DNA of 63,910 nt, counting the filler, from Licmophora abbreviata (Eukaryota), in assembly GCA_900291995.1 (NCBI GenBank). It is 10 parts of 10 records of this genome, joined end to end, with 100 filler letters (N's around TTAATTAATTAA, not from the genome) between each part and the next. Parts side by side here need not be neighbours in the genome. Positions count along the whole stretch, not along the records: positions 43,987 to 48,219 come from OLMU01004000.1; positions 48,320 to 62,510 come from OLMU01004001.1; 8 more parts are not named here. The stretch is one strand, 5' to 3'. The translations under genes and the position numbers were made by a program. Under the pieces are notes generated by a model. The model was not told the DNA's origin. It ran no database searches and was given only the letters and a program-made list of their open reading frames with translations. Shown here piece by piece: positions 45,398 to 55,648 of the stretch (position 1 is its first letter; each line of letters opens with the position of its first letter).

Positions 45398-46558
45398 ATG
45401 ACGAGGATCATAATGACGATGAGCAACACCGCGTTGCGGCTGTCGCTACGACTCGTCGCATTGACATGCCTCTTCCTCTTCTCCCCTGTACCCAATTTCT
45501 GTTACGCCTTTCTCCCTCCATTATCCCATTCTTCAAAAAATTCTTCTTCTAATTTCCCCCTATTTTGCCAATTATTAGGCATGAATTGCAAGACGCCTAC
45601 TGACTTTGTCTTTTCCTTTCAAGGCTTTTGCGAACGAGGCGGTCGAACCGATGTCCACAGTGACGGATGGGGCCTTGCCTTTTATCAAGGAAAGGGTGTC
45701 CGCGGCCTGCATGACGTCGAGGCAGCCTGCGAAAGTCCCCTGGCCAAGTTCCTGAGCAGCGATGACACCCCACCCATTCAAACTCTCAACATGATCTCGC
45801 ATATACGGTATGCGACACAGGGAGAGGTCGATTTGGCCAATGTTCATCCATTTCAGCGGGAGATGTGGGGTATACAGTGGTGCTTTGCACATAATGGAGA
45901 CTGTCCGTCGTTTGGAAAGGAGCGGCAACGAAGTTCGCCCACGTGGTTGGGGGATGTGGAAGGGGAAGCAATCTATCATCCTGTGGGCGACACCGACTCG
46001 GAAGCTGTCTTTTGTGCAATATTAAATGCTTTGCGTGCCCAGTTTACAACCCTGCCCTCGCTGCCTGTACTTCACGAGTATTTGCAGCGTGTGTGTCTAG
46101 AGATTGTGGACCATCACCCCGACGACAACGTCATACTGAACCTTTTGTTGACATGCGGACCACACATCCAGTGGGCCTACTCGTGGCCAGGGGCACGCCC
46201 CGGTTCCAACGTATGGAACGGCCTGCACTACATCGTACGAGAACCACCATTCGAAAAGGCACAATTGCGAGATCTGGATTACGAAGTGGATTTTTCCTCC
46301 ATCACGTCGGACGAGGATCGTGTGGCCGTGATCGCCACGAAACCCCTGACGCTCAAGGAAGTGTGGACCGAAGTCAAGCGAGGTGAGCTCATCATGTTTG
46401 ATGAGGGATTGCCACATAAGCTACCAGAGGATTGTTTTGACGCTGAACTGCATGGACATGGACTAGAGTCTAGTGTATTGAAGCGACCCGTGTTGGAAGA
46501 AGATATGCGGCGATTCCACGTTGCGAATAGGACCGAGTATGCAGGTGGTGGCATTTAA
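45398..46558 (+). CDS. Class II (Ntn) glutamine amidotransferase, YafJ/EgtC/Dug3-like, with a bipartite presequence
   Basis: CQLLGMN, HSDGWGLAFY, SHIRYAT, NVHPF, FAHNG, GDTDSE, IATKPLT..W; N-terminal signal then CYA-F. Confidence 0.88.
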   Translation: MTRIIMTMSNTALRLSLRLVALTCLFLFSPVPNFCYAFLPPLSHSSKNSSSNFPLFCQLLGMNCKTPTDFVFSFQGFCERGGRTDVHSDGWGLAFYQGKGVRGLHDVEAACESPLAKFLSSDDTPPIQTLNMISHIRYATQGEVDLANVHPFQREMWGIQWCFAHNGDCPSFGKERQRSSPTWLGDVEGEAIYHPVGDTDSEAVFCAILNALRAQFTTLPSLPVLHEYLQRVCLEIVDHHPDDNVILNLLLTCGPHIQWAYSWPGARPGSNVWNGLHYIVREPPFEKAQLRDLDYEVDFSSITSDEDRVAVIATKPLTLKEVWTEVKRGELIMFDEGLPHKLPEDCFDAELHGHGLESSVLKRPVLEEDMRRFHVANRTEYAGGGI

Positions 46559-46659
46559 CGCGTTCGTTATGCGAGTCTTCTTCTTATTATCATAGTATTA
46601 TTATACATTAGTAGAGCAGTCAATCGGTCAAGCAACCTTTGATGGGGGTTGTGTGGTAA

Positions 46660-48174
46660 CTATTCAAACTCCTCGAAAGCAGCAAACGTGGCATCATCCA
46701 TATGTCCTGACATGCGTGACATAGAACTACGGTACGATCTCAACGAGTCTCTTCGGTACGACGACAATCGCGTCGCTTGGCCCGATAAGTCCTCTTTCGT
46801 AAACAACACGGATGCCCTGCGGAAACCGAGTATTGCCGCCATGCCCGTCAGGATCACGATCAGCTCCAATACGAGAATGTTGTGGAGACTCCCGTCCCGG
46901 AAGGCGATGCAATATGTTGTGCTCGGACTCTGACATGTCACTCGATACGAAAGCATATACCCGAGCGCACTCGAAAGTCCATTCTGAAATTCGATGTTGG
47001 CGAAGGCACCCTCCTTCTCGTAAGCAAAGTAATCGACAAAGACGGACTTTAGGGTGCTCTCAAAGGTGGCGCGACCAACACCTTGCAGCGAATACACTAG
47101 CAGCAATCCGCCTAGGCTCCATCGGTCTAGATCCGGTAGAAGAACGAACGGAAGTGCCACACAACTAAAGGCCGATGCACCCACCATCAACACAGCCCCC
47201 TTTCCAAATCTTCTCACGAGGTAATAATGAAACCACAGACTGCAAGCTGCGGCAACAATGGCACAGAGAGCTGCGAAACCCCCTACGTATTTTGAATTGT
47301 CGTCGTGCAGGACAATCCGCACCGCTTGTCCCGATACGAAAGAATTCAGAAAGGCTCCAGAGAATCCAAATGCGGCATTTAGCCCAATCATATACTTCAT
47401 CTTGGAATCGTCTCGTAGCAGTTGCAGCGCAGCTGTCAGTTTGTACCATACCGACTCGTTACCGCGACCGATTGAGGAAGCTGGTGGATAGTTCTTTACA
47501 CACGTCATCATGCCGAGCGTCGACAAGACAGCGATTGCGGCATAAACACCAAAGATACGAGACCATGCCTTGTCACGTTGCGCCAAAATGGAAGACACTA
47601 AGTGCAGAAATGCTTCTTCCGTCAGATAAATGGCTGCAAAGATTCCCGCTAGCAACGATGTAGACGAAGCCCAGTCACAACTCCCACTAAACAAAGAATG
47701 CTCCTCCGCGGCTTGCGCAAAGTATGCCCCTTGCGAAGTCCAAAATACACCCCCTCCAATGCCTCCTATAGTTGCTCCAAGTAGCACAATCCAAGTTCTG
47801 GCACTGGGATCGCTTCCTGCTAGAACGGCCAGAGTAAAGGACAGCACGTACACACAATAGAGCGACATTCCCAAGACGATTCCATTGCGTGCCCCTAGTC
47901 TTTTTACCACGTATGTCGCCCCCACTAGTGCCGACAGTGTATAAGATAAATACAGCACTCCGGATTGCGTTGCTCCGATTGCTCCCAGCCGTGCCGTTGC
48001 AAGCGCCATGCACGCAAGGACGCAGCAAACATTGGTCGAGGCCAAAAAGGCAAAAACCACGAAATTTAGCACGGTCAGACGAGCTCCCAACAAGTTACGG
48101 GGAGCGACTTCCAGCTGGAGTAGACTGGTTGACTCGGTTGCATGCTGCTGATGAGGCTGCGGATTGCTCTTCAT
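46660..48174 (-). CDS. UNC-93-like MFS membrane protein
   Basis: LGAIG..SGVLY, GARNGIVLG..YCVY, GGGVFWTSQGAYF; about 12 hydrophobic segments; N-terminal ESTSLL. Confidence 0.8.
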   Translation of the reverse strand: MKSNPQPHQQHATESTSLLQLEVAPRNLLGARLTVLNFVVFAFLASTNVCCVLACMALATARLGAIGATQSGVLYLSYTLSALVGATYVVKRLGARNGIVLGMSLYCVYVLSFTLAVLAGSDPSARTWIVLLGATIGGIGGGVFWTSQGAYFAQAAEEHSLFSGSCDWASSTSLLAGIFAAIYLTEEAFLHLVSSILAQRDKAWSRIFGVYAAIAVLSTLGMMTCVKNYPPASSIGRGNESVWYKLTAALQLLRDDSKMKYMIGLNAAFGFSGAFLNSFVSGQAVRIVLHDDNSKYVGGFAALCAIVAAACSLWFHYYLVRRFGKGAVLMVGASAFSCVALPFVLLPDLDRWSLGGLLLVYSLQGVGRATFESTLKSVFVDYFAYEKEGAFANIEFQNGLSSALGYMLSYRVTCQSPSTTYCIAFRDGSLHNILVLELIVILTGMAAILGFRRASVLFTKEDLSGQATRLSSYRRDSLRSYRSSMSRMSGHMDDATFAAFEEFE

Positions 48175-48633
48175 GGTAACAAGAGGTGAAGATTACGACA
48201 GAACCATCATCATCGTGATNNNNNNNNNNNNNNNNNNNNNNNNNNNNNNNNNNNNNNNNNNNNTTAATTAATTAANNNNNNNNNNNNNNNNNNNNNNNNN
48301 NNNNNNNNNNNNNNNNNNNCAGAACCATCATCATCGTGATGGCCTCGTCGGCGGCGCGATATGTTTGATTTATGTGTCGAGACACGTGACCCAGTTTTGA
48401 TCCAGTCACATATAGTCACGACTGAAACGCAGGTAAGGTTACTCACTCAGCGCGAGATTTTGTTTGTGATGTTTTGACCATGAGCGAGTGTGATCACACC
48501 GCAGCATCATATAGATTACGATGCGGCGCTGTGTCCGTTTTCGGAGACCAATTGGACGTTGATCAGGAACTATATCGAAGACCTTACTACAGATTGTATT
48601 GATTTAATGTCTCTTCACGAAGAAATTTCCACA

Positions 48634-50125
48634 ATGAGCTACGAACGAGTACCCTCCACGACGCCGCAACAGGAAGCTGATGCTGCTGATCAGTTCCAAG
48701 ACGGTGGAAGTCTCCGGAACATCATCGTTACTACCACAGAGGCGGATTTCAGTCACAGCCTGCGTTGTCAAAGACGCGTTGTTCGAAACTTTATCATAAT
48801 GACAATTTTGTTCAGTGCCAATCACGGGTGTACGGTTACATGTCTGGCACTCGCTACGGCACGATTGGGTTCCATTGGAGCCTGGCAGTCGGGTACCTTG
48901 TATCTCACGTACACGCTTTCCGCCTTGTTGGGTGCGACCTATATCACCAAGACAATCGGAGGACGCAATGCCATGATGGCCGGAATGGGCCTGTACTGTG
49001 CCTATGTGGGATGTTTCTGGTATGCCTCCGCTGCTTCTAACAGTAGGGAGACTGTCGTGATTCTGGGGGCCGCGATCGGAGGAATCGGAGCTGGATTATT
49101 TGGACTGGCCAAGGGGCCTTCTTTACGCAAGCATCACAAGATCATGCTGCGTGTAATCATCAGGGAACCCGCTCCCGACAGAACTCAACTTCATTTTTGG
49201 CTGGCATCTTTGCGTTCATCTACCTTGTGGAAGAAGTCATCTTGCGATCCTTGTCGACTATTACTGGAAACCACAGGTTGGTCTTGGAAAACTATCTTTG
49301 GGCTGTATACTATCATTGCTATCGTATCGACGATCGGTATGCTCTGGGTACGTAACTACCCTTCCTCTGACCAAGAGTTCACTTCATCAGAGTCCCAATT
49401 TGCGAAAGTGACAGCGGCTGGCCTACTGCTGTGGAAGGACCCGAAAAATGAAGCACATGATTGGATTGAATGCCGTGTTTGGATTTGCGGGTGCCTTTGT
49501 GAATTCATATGTCAACGGCCAAGTCGTGCGGGTCGCTTTGAACGACCCAGACTCAAAATATGTGGGAAGTCTCTCTGCATGGCTGGCCGCTGTCGCTGCC
49601 ATAATGAGTCTCGTGTTGGCACGTGTTTCACAACGAGTCGGAAAGGGACCAGTGTTGGTTTCGGGTGCGATCTGCTTTCTACTTGTGGCATTTCTCTTTG
49701 TTCTGCAGCCGAATATCTCGTCGCAATGGGGGTGGGCTAAATTGCTTCTCGTCTATGCTCTTCAAGGTACAGGCCGTGCCACGTTTGAAAGTACGCTCAA
49801 GGCGACCTTTGCCGATTTCTTTGGTTCGTACGAAAAGGAGGGAGCCTTTGCCAATATCATTCTGCAAAATGGGCTTGCGAGTGCGGTTGGATACGTAATG
49901 ACATTTCGACTCCAGTGTTCTGTACCGAGCTCGTATTGTGTAGAGTATCAAGATGGATCTCTTCACAATGTTTTGGTATTCGAAACTGTTGTGATAGTTA
50001 CGGCGCTGGCGGCAATCTTGGGATACTGGCGTGCGTCCACAATACACCAACACGAGCAAGACGCCAGGGCGGAAGACATGGATCTACGGGAGGACGACAG
50101 TGACGAACCAGTAATTTTAACATAA
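48634..50125 (+). pseudogene. UNC-93-like MFS paralog with three frameshifts (~49100, ~49260, ~49445): pseudogene or sequencing error
   Basis: Colinear with 46660-48174 (GRATFESTLKA, YEKEGAFANI, DGSLHN) once three indels are corrected; two of them are in homopolymers. Confidence 0.65.
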
Positions 50126-50192
50126 CAAGACAGTCGACGCGAAGCTAGTTTCTTCTACGATGCGAACTGTTAGAGAAGTAGCTGTATCGCAC

Positions 50193-53100
50193 TCAGGAAT
50201 GTGCCCAATGCGGAGTTTCGTCATCAATGTCCCACGGATAATTGACGACTCGGTTCATGCCGCGCGGCCAGCCATCGTGAGACGTAGCTGTTAGCCCAGG
50301 GATCGCCTTTACCAGTCCTCCCGCAAAGTTTTCAGCTCGTTCGCCACCATCGTCTTCTTCGGTGTAGGCGAACAAATATACGCTGATACCGGTCCGGCCA
50401 TCCCATGTCGCGATGGCACTCCCATGCGATGAAAACCCGACCACGACGCATCCATCACCAATAGGCACAACCTGGGCGTCGGAGCTCTGGGCGCTCATGC
50501 CCTCTACTGCCACCAATACAGACTGAACGGCATTCTTGAATAAAGCTGCGGTGAGCCGTGTTTCCGGAATTATCGAAAACTGAATGAGTTCTTGTTCGCC
50601 CATGGGTTGCTGTGACACCCACTGCTGGAGAGGTAGTGTGGAATCATAGTCTTGATGTGAAAATGTCACTGAAGGCTCGAAGTCTGCAACATATGTCATG
50701 AGACCATTCATGATGCGTCGAACTTCCCCGATGAGACCGGTCTTGGTTTCGATCCTCGCAATAACGTCGACGAGATGCGAATAGAAGTGAGCATCTCCCG
50801 ACGAAAACACACCCAGTTCTAAGCCAGTGCCGGTGCCGTTGAAGACGACCTCTGCACGATAGGCTGGGTCAAACTTGACTAAGTCGGCACGGAAGCGGTC
50901 CAACAGTGCTCTGTGCCATGATTCAGACGAATCGAGTGATATCGCCAGAACGGCATGATCTTCCTCGAGTAAGTCCAATCGCAAGCCCTTTCTACTTAGA
51001 ATTTTGTGGATATCTGACCCATGGCAAGCGGCGCCTTTGGGTCGATTACAATGGCGCCGATTTTGCCGTCCGAAGTAACCAGTTCGTCCAGACGCCGGAG
51101 AGTATCGCTTTCGCATTTCAACATGCGCCTCGAGGAGTCTGCTGAGCTCTCCGATCCAGCAACAACGCTCGGGCACGTCCATACAGGGAATACTTTCTGG
51201 CCCAAGCCATTCGTTTCGAACGTCTTCGCAAGCAAGTCCAGGCTGCTGCACGAGCTCGACTGTTCGCCACACAAGGCGACAACTCTAGTATTTTCTTCTT
51301 TTATCATCAGGCAGCTTTCCTCAAGAAGGGAATCCACCTCACTCTGTTCCGGGAGAGCGCCTCGGGCACTGTCGGGAAGAGGTTCGCACACGTCGGTAAT
51401 CTGGGGCCCGACCGCCACGTTGCCCTTCTTCGGCGAGGCTCCGAACATGCCACCCGTGATAATGCGATACGAGGATGGAGACGTGCTACCAACGGCCGTG
51501 ACAAGGTGTTTCTTTGCGACCTCTTGCTTCTCGATGCTACTCCAAAGCAAAAGGTCAAAAGCACAGTAGTCGCCACCGGGCCATGTTCGAGCAACTGCGA
51601 ACCCTTCGCGAAGGACAAAGACTAGCTCGTCGACTGCCCCTTCTTTAGAAGGGGACTGCATGACTGACAATTCGTCTAGGCCTGCATTTTTCAAGGCCGC
51701 GCTCAAGCTATTCTTCAGGGAAGACGGTGATGCGTTCTTGAGATATTCTGCGTCCTCGGCCTCGAGGATCATGAGAACACCAAAGCCCCCAATCGCTGCT
51801 TCCCCCAAGCTTTTCAGCTCTACATCAGGTGCCCTACAGAGCTTGTGTGAATGAGAGCTATTGCTCACATAGTTATACCAGATACCGAATTGATTCTCCT
51901 CTTCATTTAGTGGTGGAAGATACAGCGTGTCGATTCCATGGTCCTTTGGCGTCTTTCGGAGCAAATCCACAGTGTTGCTACCCACGGTGATACCTTGCTT
52001 ACAAAGCAAAGGAACATCAATATAATACAGATCGACGGCGTAATCGGTAAACGCATTCGCCGTTCCCCATTCCCAGTCCTCGTTCCTTGCAATGACTCCA
52101 TCCTTCTTGAGAAGGAGAAGCGCTGCGGCCATGATGTTGAGTTCCTCGGTCACTTTTAGTATCTCGGCGACTTCAGTCTGCAAGTCGAGAAGCACGATAT
52201 CGAAGGTACCGTAATACTCTTGCGGGAGCAAAAGAAGACTTTTGGAGGCATCGCCATACCACCACTGCAATCGCTCGTCGTCCCAGTGGGGCTGTGTACC
52301 AAAGTTCTTGAAGCTGCTCCTGACGACATTGTGATCGAGTTCCAGCCCCACTGCAAGCTCCAGGGAAGGGTATTTGAGAATTTCGTGAACTATCATATTG
52401 TCGCCTCCTCCGATAAAGGCGATCCGTTTGACTTCGTCGACGAAACGCGCGGGGTAGTGAACAAATACCTCGTGGTAGTGCGGACGGAAGCTCGAGCAGG
52501 CTTGGAGATGGCCATTCAAGGCGAGGCATGTATCATCATGCTCTTTGCTGTACTTGTAATCTATCGTTTGAAACTGAGACTCGGTACCGTCCCATTCCTC
52601 GTATTCCCAGTGACTGTACAATGTAGAACAGACCTCCTCGGTATAGTGTCCAATGCCAGGCTCTTCCAAGTCATCGTAAAGGCGAGACTCGTCGTCCGCA
52701 CAGGATACATCGCCATCGGCGGAAATGACACATTCCTCCTCTTCATGTCCACTCTCCTGTATCGCATATTCCAGTGCTGTCAAAAGAGCATCGTAGAACT
52801 CCATACAAAGGGATCTCTCGTGGTCCGAGGCCATCCCCGCGGCACTGGATGTAACATAATCGCCGAGATCTCGAAGTCGCCGCAGATGTCCTCGGAAGAA
52901 GTTCATCTCAAACTCATCCGGCTCCTCCGAAAGCCATGTTAGTTTCAGTCGATCTGTCCCAGGCTGCTCATCCAGTTCCATCACAATATCTTCATAGGGA
53001 TCTTCCGTCGGAAACAACCAACGCCTTGGATACTGCTCCACAAATCCAAAGTCCCTGACCATATGCGGCAGTCCATACGAGAGGGAAAACTCCTTGCAGT

Positions 53101-53854
53101 CGACACATTCATTGTAGGATATATACATTTCTTCTCCAGCTTTGACATCTCGAGAAGCAAAGGCGGTAACGTCCTTTCCTTCGTGTATACTGTTGCTGTA
53201 CACGTTCGTCCAAGGCGCATTCCGGTGGTTGAACATGTCATAGAGGGGAACCATTGTATCATCCCAACTGCGTCGAACGACCAACAAGTAGATTTCTTCC
53301 CCTTCCTCACTACTACCGCTCCCTCCACAGTCCTCTTCAAAGGAACTTTCGGTTGCACGCGTCGGATACAATTCTCTCCCGATAATGGTAGTCAACAGTT
53401 CCTTCCCCTCGTCCGACCACGAAGCAGGTAAATGTCCCTTGTATGTATCTCCATCCAAGAGATAGTGTACATAGGGAGCAAATTCCGACTCCTCCCCGAG
53501 CTCCCGTTGATGCATGAGAGTGCGCGTCAAGTCGCAGATGTCGTCCGAGTCTGGTCCTGCCTTTAGGAGACAATCTTGAGGAAGAACCATGAGTGTTTCC
53601 TTTTCGGGAATGTCTTGGGAGGCAAAGACGCCAATGGGAGAGTCATCGTCGGAATTGTCGATACGTCGGAGTTCTAATTTGGGATTGAAGTAGCCTCCTC
53701 TAGAACGGAGCCAATCAATCTGAGCTTCTCCTTGATTCAATTTGGTTTCTGAATTCATGGGAGCCACCGCGGCATCCGTCGTCCCCGGCATCCAGCGAGC
53801 GTTGAACGCCGCTGTCAAAGTAAGCAATATTGACAGAAGAGTTCGTTGCGTCAT
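50193..53854 (-). CDS. Multidomain fusion: signal peptide, SET methyltransferase, spermidine-synthase-type aminopropyltransferase and two degenerate AdoMetDC-like domains; frameshift at ~51010
   Basis: SET: GVFASQDI, PLYDMFNH, AGEEMYISYN. Aminopropyltransferase: YHEVFVH, FIGGGDNMIVHEILKYP, ELD, GDA, FDIVLLD. AdoMetDC-like: LREGFAVARTWP..CAFDL and GSAIATWDG. One added base joins MGQI to xHKILS. Confidence 0.8.
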
Positions 53855-54131
53855 GGTCAAGGTATGAAACAACAGCAAAATCTATGGAATGCGTCTTGTG
53901 AGCAATGCACACAAGATCTTTCAATAGAAACAAGAATGCGTTGTGTGCTAGCCGTTGAGAAACAACAAGCGCGCGTAACCTCACTTCACACTTCCGGGTT
54001 TGCGATACCATCTGACCGGCGGGCGTTCGGACCGGAAAGCGTGATGTGACATAGCGTGCCGACTAGACCGACCATGACGAGGATCAGACGTGCCGGTCTC
54101 TCGCCGTCGTGCTTCCATTCACCATAGTATC

Positions 54132-55529
54132 ATGACCATGCCGCTCAAGGAGCAAAAGGAGGCGTTCGTGACTGGCCATACAGGAACGACCGTCTTGGAA
54201 ATTCTCGTCGTATGTGTCTCGTCCCCCGTAGGTCTGTTTTTGTGGACGCAAACCATGGGTCGATGGAGACGAACGTCGGCGCACATTAGTGCTTCTCTGC
54301 TAGAAGCCACTGCTGTCTTGCTACCCATGGCACTCTGTCAGACGAGCTACTTGTATCCTTGGGGTGTGGGACTGCTCGTACTGGAAGCCTCTGTCGCTGC
54401 TCTGACTCTTTTTCTCCACGACACGCCGTCCTCTCCCTCGACGCCATCCAACGCCACTCCCACTACCAGTAGGAGTCTTGCGATACTAACGTTCACGTGT
54501 TATCGCTCCACGATACTCTTTCTGACCTTTGTTGCCATTCTGGCCGTCGACTTTCGCATATTCCCTCGACGATTCGCCAAGACGGAAGTCTATGGATATG
54601 GATGGATGGATCTAGGAGCTGCCAGTTTTGTTGTCGCAGCGGGACTGTCGTCGTCGAGGGCGAGGGGTAAGACAAGGATGAAGAAGAAGAAGACTAGTAC
54701 TATACTTTTCGCAATGGGAAAACGAGTACTACCATTGTTGTTGCTGGGAGGAATTCGATTGGCTACCAACAAGGGACTGGAGTATCAGGAGCATGTGTCC
54801 GAATATGGCGTCCACTGGAACTTTTTCTTTACTTTGGCAGTGGTGACACCTCTCGCGTCACTCGTGGGATCCAGGAGACGGCGAGGGATATGGACACCTA
54901 TGGCTCTACTGATACTCTATCAATATGCCTTGTCGACACAAGGATTGCAAACCTACGTGGAGGAGGGAACGCGACAGCATCGAGAACCCAGCGCCGGCGT
55001 GTTTTGTCAGGTGTTTGCTGCCAATCGAGAGGGCATTCTGGGATGCATTGGATACCTTGCTCTCTATCTCAGTAGCGAATGTATAGGACGACTCTGTCTG
55101 TGGGAGGATAAAAGCGTCTCGACGTCAGTGAATCTATGGTTGGCAGCAGTACTGCTGTGGGGTGCCCATTGGTTCTTGACGAGTGTCTTGGCGATTCAAG
55201 TCTCACGGCGCACCACAAATGCCTCGTTTTGCGCTTGGGCATTGGCACACAATGTCACCATGTTGGCACTGATTCAAATGGTCACGTCGACGATGACTCA
55301 TACTTTCACTCCTCCGATATTGCATGCCATCAATCAACACGGACTAATTGTCTTTGTCGTGGCCAATCTACTGACGGGTTTGGTCAATATCTCGATGAAT
55401 ACGCTGGCTGCGAGCGACGGCATGGCGATGCTTATCCTGTTCCTCTACCTTGCTGCAGTTTCAACTATCTCGCTTTCGTTGGAGCTGCTGCTTCCCACAC
55501 GCCACTATGATGGCGCAAAGAAGGACTGA
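54132..55529 (+). CDS. PIGW: GPI inositol acyltransferase PIG-W/GWT1
   Basis: KEAFVTGHTGT, ILAVDFRIFPRRFAKTE, MDLG, YQEHVSEYGVHWNFFFTL, ANREGI, VSRR, ANLLTGLVN. Confidence 0.93.
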   Translation: MTMPLKEQKEAFVTGHTGTTVLEILVVCVSSPVGLFLWTQTMGRWRRTSAHISASLLEATAVLLPMALCQTSYLYPWGVGLLVLEASVAALTLFLHDTPSSPSTPSNATPTTSRSLAILTFTCYRSTILFLTFVAILAVDFRIFPRRFAKTEVYGYGWMDLGAASFVVAAGLSSSRARGKTRMKKKKTSTILFAMGKRVLPLLLLGGIRLATNKGLEYQEHVSEYGVHWNFFFTLAVVTPLASLVGSRRRRGIWTPMALLILYQYALSTQGLQTYVEEGTRQHREPSAGVFCQVFAANREGILGCIGYLALYLSSECIGRLCLWEDKSVSTSVNLWLAAVLLWGAHWFLTSVLAIQVSRRTTNASFCAWALAHNVTMLALIQMVTSTMTHTFTPPILHAINQHGLIVFVVANLLTGLVNISMNTLAASDGMAMLILFLYLAAVSTISLSLELLLPTRHYDGAKKD

Positions 55530-55648
55530 CAGCACGATTCGGTCACATGACCAACCAGGCTAGTAGAAAATAGAAATGTTGTTGTTTGCAAGCTAGATTT
55601 CTCGTAGTATTTATTGTACACCTTTCAAGCTTGAAGGGTAGCCCACGC

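Noticed and set aside
33902..46558. Bacterial contamination suggested by prfC, thrB, aguA, lysC and yafJ-like genes
   Set aside because: Each has spliceosomal introns and/or a eukaryotic targeting presequence, and they are interspersed with clearly eukaryotic genes.
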